A DNA stretch of 64,000 bases, taken from positions 95,394 to 159,393 of IMG/VR virus record IMGVR_UViG_3300028584_000450; one strand, written 5' to 3'. This stretch comes from a virus. Lineage: Duplodnaviria > Heunggongvirae > Uroviricota > Caudoviricetes. Shown here piece by piece: positions 57,985-64,000 of the stretch. The stretch's first letter is position 1. Each line of letters starts with the position of its first letter. Made by a program: the position numbers and the translations under genes. The notes beneath the pieces are model-generated. The model saw nothing but the letters and a program-made list of their open reading frames with translations, was not told where the DNA came from and searched no databases.

Positions 57985-59835
57985 TTAATATGGTAATTTA
58001 ATTCCGCATTTAATAGTACTGAGATAATCATTCCAAGTTACTATAAATGTGAATTTTGGAAAAGTAAAATCTTTCTTTTGTTTTTCTACTGGAACACAAC
58101 ATGATGTGATTTGTGGTTTAGGTTCATTCCAAAATTCTTCATATTCTTCATCATTACAATTAAATGAAAGTCCAGCTGGAAGAGTAAATGCATTGCGTAA
58201 TCGAGAAAATAATTCTGGATCTTTATCTAAAACAAAGTTTCCAAGAGATTCGACTTGAAATAAACAATCAACTTTATCAACATCAAAATCACTAATTAGA
58301 AAATCTCGTCCATAAATTAGATCATTACAATCTAAATCCTCAGGTGGTAAATTCTTAATAAAATAATTATGAAATTCAGTAGTCAATTTAACTGTATATT
58401 CTTCTAATCCAATTCCAAAATAATCAACATTTGGAGATGCCCCTAATGATTTAACATAATCGATCCAATTTAAATATATTAATTTAGAATCATTTTGAGG
58501 ATGGATTTTTAATTCAGGTGGAACCTCAGGATCATTATTATTAAATGCATATACTTTTCCAAAATTAGGATCAGACAATATTATAGCTGCATAATCAAAT
58601 TTAGTTCTTGGAGGAAATGTATAATCTGCATATGAAATATATGAATTCCAAGTCATAATAATATCTGGTGTACATGGAATGATAATATTCTTTAACTGAA
58701 TCGGAGTATTATCCCCGATAATTAGGAAATCCTTTCCATAAACCATCCCATCCCCATCCATATCCAAATTATTTGAAAATTCGTCAACTAGTATTGAAAT
58801 AAGTTCATTTGCACTTCTAGCTGGAACATATTCATCACTTACTCTCACAGCATAATCTCCTAATCCAACAGTTGATAAGTAATGATTCCAAGAAATATTA
58901 TGTATATTTTTTAACGGCAATTTTGAAGTATATACAATTTTCTGAATTATCAATGGATGTTTAAATTGATCTTCATTTGGTTTTATTGTATTATTACTTA
59001 AATCAAAATCACCATCAAAAACAAAATCCTTTCCATATACCTGATTATTACCATCTGCATCTGTTTTACTTGCCAATTCTTTAATTAATAATTTTGTCAT
59101 TTCTTGAGGGGTTCTAACAGCATTAATATAATCAGAGGCTGCAATTTTTACAGGATCGTCTTCATCAGTAGATCCAGTAATATCGTCGAGATCCCCAGGT
59201 CTAGCATTATCTCCATATTTAGGAAATTTAATTCTATTTGGATATAATATGCTAATTCCATCTTTTTCATGCTGTTCCCAATCAACCCAATGGATTCCAT
59301 CTAAATCAATATTCTCTCTATATGGATCATCTGCGTATAATGAAGGTACATTTCCAGTAAAAAGAAATGTTTTTGCATATACATTTCCAGTTCCATCTAA
59401 ATCTTGTCCAGATAAAAGTTCTCTATTTAAACTTTCTACAGATGCTCTCGGTTTTCGATTAAAATATACACCATCTGAAATGTTTAATGATAAATTATCT
59501 GAACGATGTCTATAATTTCCATGAAAATGACAATTGTGTTTATGTTTAAGTAATATATTTAAGGAATTCATAGAAGTTGTAATCTGTTGCAATAGATCTA
59601 ATATTCGTCGTAATACTGGAATTGATCTTAAAATTGAATTATTGAAATTTGTATATTGTTTATGAATTTCAGAACTATTACAAGTAATGTATGGGCCCTC
59701 TGATGTATTCTGACTAAGTATAATTTGATCCGCCATTAACTCAGCATCTGTAAAATTAGGTAGATCAAAATTAAGAGATGAATCGAAATCAGATAATAAT
59801 TGAGTTAAAGTAGATAGATCTAAAAAATCAGACAT
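57985..59835 (-). CDS. 616-aa protein with His-rich motif and four DxD-x-YGxDF modules
   Basis: HKHNCHFHG; DLDGTGNVYAKTF, DADGNNQVYGKDF, DMDGDGMVYGKDF, DLDCNDLIYGRDF. Confidence 0.75.
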   Translation of the reverse strand: MSDFLDLSTLTQLLSDFDSSLNFDLPNFTDAELMADQIILSQNTSEGPYITCNSSEIHKQYTNFNNSILRSIPVLRRILDLLQQITTSMNSLNILLKHKHNCHFHGNYRHRSDNLSLNISDGVYFNRKPRASVESLNRELLSGQDLDGTGNVYAKTFLFTGNVPSLYADDPYRENIDLDGIHWVDWEQHEKDGISILYPNRIKFPKYGDNARPGDLDDITGSTDEDDPVKIAASDYINAVRTPQEMTKLLIKELASKTDADGNNQVYGKDFVFDGDFDLSNNTIKPNEDQFKHPLIIQKIVYTSKLPLKNIHNISWNHYLSTVGLGDYAVRVSDEYVPARSANELISILVDEFSNNLDMDGDGMVYGKDFLIIGDNTPIQLKNIIIPCTPDIIMTWNSYISYADYTFPPRTKFDYAAIILSDPNFGKVYAFNNNDPEVPPELKIHPQNDSKLIYLNWIDYVKSLGASPNVDYFGIGLEEYTVKLTTEFHNYFIKNLPPEDLDCNDLIYGRDFLISDFDVDKVDCLFQVESLGNFVLDKDPELFSRLRNAFTLPAGLSFNCNDEEYEEFWNEPKPQITSCCVPVEKQKKDFTFPKFTFIVTWNDYLSTIKCGIKLPY

Positions 59836-59843
59836 ATATTCTC

Positions 59844-60461
59844 CTAAAGTATAGATTTTAACCTATCATCAATACCATTAACATATTCCTTCCAAGTCAT
59901 ATACACTACTGGTTTATCCCGAACATGTTCAATTCGTCTTACAGCTGTAGGAGTTATCATTTCAAATCCAATAATAAGGGTATTTAGTGGATTTACGATT
60001 GGCTGTCCTTTTAAATTTTTATTTGGATGTCTTAGCGCTCCAGGCATAAAAAAATAATTCTGTTTACTGCGAATTCCCATTGGAACTTCTTTATCTGATT
60101 TTTTAAAAATGAAATCCCAAAAGTATATTTGACCATTTCCATCATAATCTTCTTTATTCTTCATTTCAGTTTCTAATATTTTCCATAATTCTGGACATCC
60201 ATCAGAATTACTCGAATATGATATTCCATTATTTCCCTGTATATTAAATTCAGAAGATATAGGATGTCCTTGCCACGTTGCATGTTTATGAAAATTATGC
60301 TGATGCATATTAATAGTATAATTATTATTGGTATCTTCATATTCCAGTTCAAGTTCATCTAATATTGAATTAGATAAATCTCTAAAATATGTTAAATATC
60401 GAAATGAATCTTCACAAACTCTATGCATGGTTCCAATAGTACCATCAACAGTAACTGGCAT
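59844..60461 (-). CDS. Single-module paralog of the 616-aa protein
   Basis: HQHNFHKH; DYDGNGQIYFWDF; VYMTWKEY. Confidence 0.7.
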   Translation of the reverse strand: MPVTVDGTIGTMHRVCEDSFRYLTYFRDLSNSILDELELEYEDTNNNYTINMHQHNFHKHATWQGHPISSEFNIQGNNGISYSSNSDGCPELWKILETEMKNKEDYDGNGQIYFWDFIFKKSDKEVPMGIRSKQNYFFMPGALRHPNKNLKGQPIVNPLNTLIIGFEMITPTAVRRIEHVRDKPVVYMTWKEYVNGIDDRLKSIL

Positions 60462-60483
60462 AATAACACCTTATATTATTTAA

Positions 60484-61458
60484 TTATAGATTATTAATAT
60501 ACCAAAAAATAGTATCTTTAATTGCAGTGTTAAATTTAAATCTAGAACTCCAATATAAAGTATTATTAATCTTATTACAATCAATTGAATATCGGTAATC
60601 ATGCCCTAATCGATCATCGACGAATTTAATATTGAGCTTGAGATCTGGATATATACCATATATAATATCATAAATAACATTAATGATTTCAATATTCGAT
60701 AGTTCAACTCCACCTCCAATATTATAATTTTCTCCTGGAATACCATTATCATATATAGACAATAAAGCTTCGCAATGATCAATTACATATAGCCAATCTC
60801 TAATATTTTTTCCATTCCCATATACTGGAATTTCTTTTTTATTAAGAATTGAATTAATGACCATTGGTATTAATTTTTCTGAATATTGATTAGGTCCATA
60901 ATTATTTGAACAATTAGTAATGATTATTGGTAATCCATAGGTATGAAAAAATGATCTGACAAGAGCTTCGGATGAAGATTTAGATGCTGAATATGGGCTC
61001 GATGGATTATGTTGAGAAGTTTCAGTAAATTTACCAGTATCTCCTAAACTACCATATACTTCATCTGTAGATATATGAATAAATCGAAATGGATTCGACT
61101 TATTATAATATAATCTACATGCTTCAAGCAACCAATATGTGCCTACAATATTAGTATTTATAAATGGTAGTGAATTATCAATTGACCGATCTACATGAGT
61201 TTCTGCAGCAAAATTAAATATTGCTGAAATTTGATATTTTCTAAATATAGATTCTAATAATTCAATATCTCCAATATCTCCATAAATGAAAGTATACCTA
61301 GATATATCTGAAATATTGTCTAAATTTCTAGGAGTTCCACAATATGTTAAAAGATCTAAATTTAGTATATGCCAACTTGGGTTTAATTCTAAGGCAATCT
61401 TTATAAAATTAGATCCAATAAAACCAGCGCCTCCAGTTACTAATATGTATTTTTTCAA
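60484..61458 (-). CDS. rfbB: dTDP-glucose 4,6-dehydratase
   Basis: 'VTGGAGFIGSNF', 'NFAAETHVDRSI', 'HISTDEVYG', 'YSASK', 'DRLGHDYRY'. Confidence 0.93.
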   Translation of the reverse strand: MKKYILVTGGAGFIGSNFIKIALELNPSWHILNLDLLTYCGTPRNLDNISDISRYTFIYGDIGDIELLESIFRKYQISAIFNFAAETHVDRSIDNSLPFINTNIVGTYWLLEACRLYYNKSNPFRFIHISTDEVYGSLGDTGKFTETSQHNPSSPYSASKSSSEALVRSFFHTYGLPIIITNCSNNYGPNQYSEKLIPMVINSILNKKEIPVYGNGKNIRDWLYVIDHCEALLSIYDNGIPGENYNIGGGVELSNIEIINVIYDIIYGIYPDLKLNIKFVDDRLGHDYRYSIDCNKINNTLYWSSRFKFNTAIKDTIFWYINNL

Positions 61459-61507
61459 AGTGGGTTCATCCGATTCAATATAATTGTCAGTTAATTTAAT
61501 AAATATT

Positions 61508-61521
61508 ATATAGATATTAAT
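61508..61521 (+). promoter_or_regulatory. Candidate promoter motif ATATAGATATTAAT
   Basis: Exact copy upstream of + strand gene 61594. Confidence 0.5.
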
Positions 61522-61593
61522 TAAAAAATAGAAATGATGTTTACCAAAAAAGTATTATTATTAGAAAAATAACCATAACCATAATTAAAAGGA

Positions 61594-61860
61594 ATGAAAA
61601 TGGCTAAGTGTTTCCGCAAGAAAGTACTAGTCCCAACACTCAAAATAACAATGAGTAAATTTGGACCAACATTAATCACATCAGATATTGATGTTATTTC
61701 AAATACAATATCTGATGATTGGTCTAGAATCCAAGATTGTGAAAATCTAAATCACGAAATTGCCACGATGGCAATTAGGCAGAGTCCACTAGCTATAAGA
61801 CTAATAAATGAGGACGATTGCCCGAATGCAAGAGAATATCACAATTTAATATATAGTTGA
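61594..61860 (+). CDS. Hypothetical protein (one DUF4116-like unit)
   Basis: AAGGA RBS; 'AIRQSPLAIRLI'. Confidence 0.6.
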   Translation: MKMAKCFRKKVLVPTLKITMSKFGPTLITSDIDVISNTISDDWSRIQDCENLNHEIATMAIRQSPLAIRLINEDDCPNAREYHNLIYS

Positions 61861-61865
61861 ATTAA

Positions 61866-61917
61866 GAGAGTAGTAATATGAAAATCATCATATTACTACT
61901 CTCCATTCTATTTTTTT
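61866..61917 (+). terminator. Terminator between convergent genes
   Basis: 16-bp stem GAGAGTAGTAATATGA / TCATATTACTACTCTC, T tract downstream. Confidence 0.75.
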
Positions 61918-62164
61918 ATTCTGGAATACTTTCAATAATACTAAATATTCCATCAGAAATTTCTTTATCTGTTATGTTATATTGAACATAAGATTTGATA
62001 TCATCTATACTAATCCCAGCTTTATTATAGTTATTAATTATAGTGCGAGTGCGACGAAGATGTGCATTAAAAGCATTTTGCTGGTCATTTTTAAATTTAT
62101 TATAGCTATTAATACACACTGTAACTGCAGATTCCGCAACATAACTATTACTATTTTCCATCAA
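61916..62164 (-). CDS. Hypothetical protein
   Basis: GGAGG RBS. Confidence 0.6.
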   Translation of the reverse strand: MMENSNSYVAESAVTVCINSYNKFKNDQQNAFNAHLRRTRTIINNYNKAGISIDDIKSYVQYNITDKEISDGIFSIIESIPE

Positions 62165-62180
62165 TAACCTCCTTACTAAT

Positions 62181-62795
62181 TTAATATGGAAGACTATCTA
62201 AATACTCTTGCCAAGTCATTCTGACTATTGGAAATGGTCGACAATTATCAGATAGTATAATATCAACACATGTTAATGTAAATGGTTTATTAATATCTTC
62301 ATCAGTAATTATAAAATCAGTACCATAAATTAAAGAATTATCATCATTATCAGTATGATTCATAAATTCAGATAACAATACTTGATCATGATTGGCTGGC
62401 GGTTCAATAAACACATTTCCAGGCTCAACATTAACTCCATCTTCAGCATAATGAGTTTTACCATGTAAATGAGATAAGTGTACATGTGTTTGTAAATCTA
62501 ACATATCATCAACACCATCTTTAATTAACGTACATAATGACTCTATTCTAAGTAGAGTATCATAAATCCCACCAACTCGTCCATTAATATTTAATAATGG
62601 ATCTTTTAATTCATGAGCTCTACAATGTACGTTATAAAAATTCAATCCACTTGGACCCCGAGCTCCTGGGATTCCTGGAGGTCCCGGTATTCCAGCAGGT
62701 CCCGGTATTCCTTGTGGTCCGGGGATAGATTCAATAACAGGTTCTGTAGTTTCTGTAGGTTCTGTAGGTTCTGTAGGTTCTGTAGTTTCAGCCAT
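62181..62795 (-). CDS. Collagen-repeat protein with His-rich motif and DxD-x-YGxDF module
   Basis: (TEP)n, eight Gly-X-Y triplets, HVHLSHLHG, DNDDNSLIYGTDF, RMTWQEYL. Confidence 0.75.
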   Translation of the reverse strand: MAETTEPTEPTEPTETTEPVIESIPGPQGIPGPAGIPGPPGIPGARGPSGLNFYNVHCRAHELKDPLLNINGRVGGIYDTLLRIESLCTLIKDGVDDMLDLQTHVHLSHLHGKTHYAEDGVNVEPGNVFIEPPANHDQVLLSEFMNHTDNDDNSLIYGTDFIITDEDINKPFTLTCVDIILSDNCRPFPIVRMTWQEYLDSLPY

Positions 62796-62890
62796 TAAAT
62801 GCTCCTATATTTACATTTTTTTCATTATCAATATACTGTATATCTATAATATTTTTACTATCAAAATAACAAAACTTAAAGGTAAAATAA

Positions 62891-63172
62891 ATGAATTTTT
62901 TAACTGCAATGACAACAACAATAGATAAAATTAATGAAACTGTTAATAAATATAATATTCCAGCGGATAAAGATATTGATGTTTCGTTAAATACAAAAAT
63001 TATAGATCCTGAAAATGGAGATCTTCATTACCATTGTATAAATATATCTATACATAAAATTGAAGATGATTTTAAAATAAATACAGTTGGCCATAGATAT
63101 TCTCATAGAATATATACATCGAGTGGAGAATATAAAGAATCAATAATAGAAGAAGATATTATATTTGAATAA
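62891..63172 (+). CDS. Hypothetical protein
   Basis: First gene of a + strand operon. Confidence 0.6.
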   Translation: MNFLTAMTTTIDKINETVNKYNIPADKDIDVSLNTKIIDPENGDLHYHCINISIHKIEDDFKINTVGHRYSHRIYTSSGEYKESIIEEDIIFE

Positions 63173-63188
63173 TATCGAAGGATGAATT

Positions 63189-63542
63189 ATGAATAAAGTA
63201 ATGATTGAAGCAATTAAGTTCATTATAATAACATTTCTTGCAGAATTTAAAAACCAATGTCTTACATTTATTACGGAGTTAGATATGAAAAAATTTAAAG
63301 TACAAATGGTCGATTTTATAAAAGCTCCATTTACAAATAAAACAAAAAAAATTGCAGCCCAACAATTGAAAGATCAGGTGTCTGAAATTAATACCAAATT
63401 AGATAGTACAATCATGATGTATGAAAATATCATTAAACAACACCAAGAGTTAATGAATGAAATGTCGAAAATAAAACAAGTCCAAGATAATATAGTTATT
63501 TCGGATCAAGTTAAACTTCCAGCTCCAGCAATTACAGAATGA
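63189..63542 (+). CDS. Hypothetical coiled-coil protein
   Basis: AAGGA RBS. Confidence 0.6.
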   Translation: MNKVMIEAIKFIIITFLAEFKNQCLTFITELDMKKFKVQMVDFIKAPFTNKTKKIAAQQLKDQVSEINTKLDSTIMMYENIIKQHQELMNEMSKIKQVQDNIVISDQVKLPAPAITE

Positions 63543-63543
63543 T

Positions 63544-63921
63544 ATGGAAAGGCTATTTCAAAAGCTAATAATTAAAATATGCCCAAATAACATAGAACAT
63601 ATATTAAATTTAACTGAAGATGAAAAAAAGTTAGCAATATCAATAGATGGAACTGTAATAAGATATATCAATAATCCAAGTAAAGATATTCAAAGAATTG
63701 CAATTAATAATAAAAGTGCATCTATAGAGTATATAATGTCTCCTGAAGATGATATATGTAATTTAGCAATATCTATCGATGGTATGAATATTAGATATAT
63801 CAAAAATCCAAGTATTGAATTAGCTAAACAGGCAATTAAATTAAATCAAAAAGCATATACAGTTCTATCTCCACTAATGCAGAAAGAATTGTATGATATT
63901 TGGAAATTATTATATGAATAA
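63544..63921 (+). CDS. DUF4116-like repeat protein
   Basis: Repeated 'LAISIDG..IRYI.NPS'. Confidence 0.6.
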   Translation: MERLFQKLIIKICPNNIEHILNLTEDEKKLAISIDGTVIRYINNPSKDIQRIAINNKSASIEYIMSPEDDICNLAISIDGMNIRYIKNPSIELAKQAIKLNQKAYTVLSPLMQKELYDIWKLLYE

Positions 63922-63941
63922 TGAACATACGGTGATTTATT

Positions 63942-64000
63942 ATGGATAGTATAAAAATTTTAAAGACACAAATATATAATGATTCGCGAGGATTCTTTTT
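63942..64000 (+). CDS. Start of probable dTDP-4-dehydrorhamnose 3,5-epimerase (RmlC-like), truncated
   Basis: GGTGA RBS; MDSIKILKTQIYNDSRGFF fits the 'D.RGFF' RmlC motif; only 19 codons visible. Confidence 0.55.
   Translation, partial: MDSIKILKTQIYNDSRGFF

Noticed and set aside
62815-62850. Sigma70-type promoter for the + strand operon (TATAAT at 62845)
   Set aside because: The -35 match is poor and TATAAT is common at this AT content
3249-63000. Many short ORF-track entries antisense to or nested in long genes (e.g. 3249..3434, 4405..4737, 17962..18483, 28476..28808, 56168..56533)
   Set aside because: Shadow frames of well-supported genes; no RBS or motifs
1-64000. tRNA, rRNA, integrase, reverse transcriptase or IS elements
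   Set aside because: No recognisable signatures found by eye; a tRNAscan/Infernal run would be needed to exclude short RNAs

Overview
This window is a segment of a very AT-rich, large (probably jumbo) myovirus-type phage genome in the standard genetic code, with nearly all genes on the minus strand. It carries a T4-like virion module: portal, prohead protease, major capsid, gp25/gp26/gp48/gp6-like baseplate parts, tail tube, a 2213-aa tape measure with a lysozyme domain, PAAR and NlpC/P60. DnaB helicase, terminase large subunit and RecA are interrupted by four group I introns whose splice sites can be placed to the nucleotide; two of the introns carry homing endonucleases (HNH, GIY-YIG). Accessory genes include an MreB-like actin, a pseudo-receiver protein, a Cas4-like nuclease, NADAR, DUF488, a U32-family protein and RmlB/RmlC. 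The main unexplained signals are: (1) a covarying three-way-junction RNA element with a self-complementary loop, just upstream of the ORF ribosome-binding site in three introns; (2) a start-less +1/-2 frame extension of the tail/baseplate chaperone gene; (3) a shared N-terminal leader (MxDINxLVLE-like) on unrelated small proteins; (4) an actin / adaptor / membrane-anchor gene cluster; (5) a recurring intergenic ATATAGATATTAA motif; (6) a repeated DxDG-x-YGxDF...TWxxY domain family. All family assignments come from motif recognition by eye; no database search was run.
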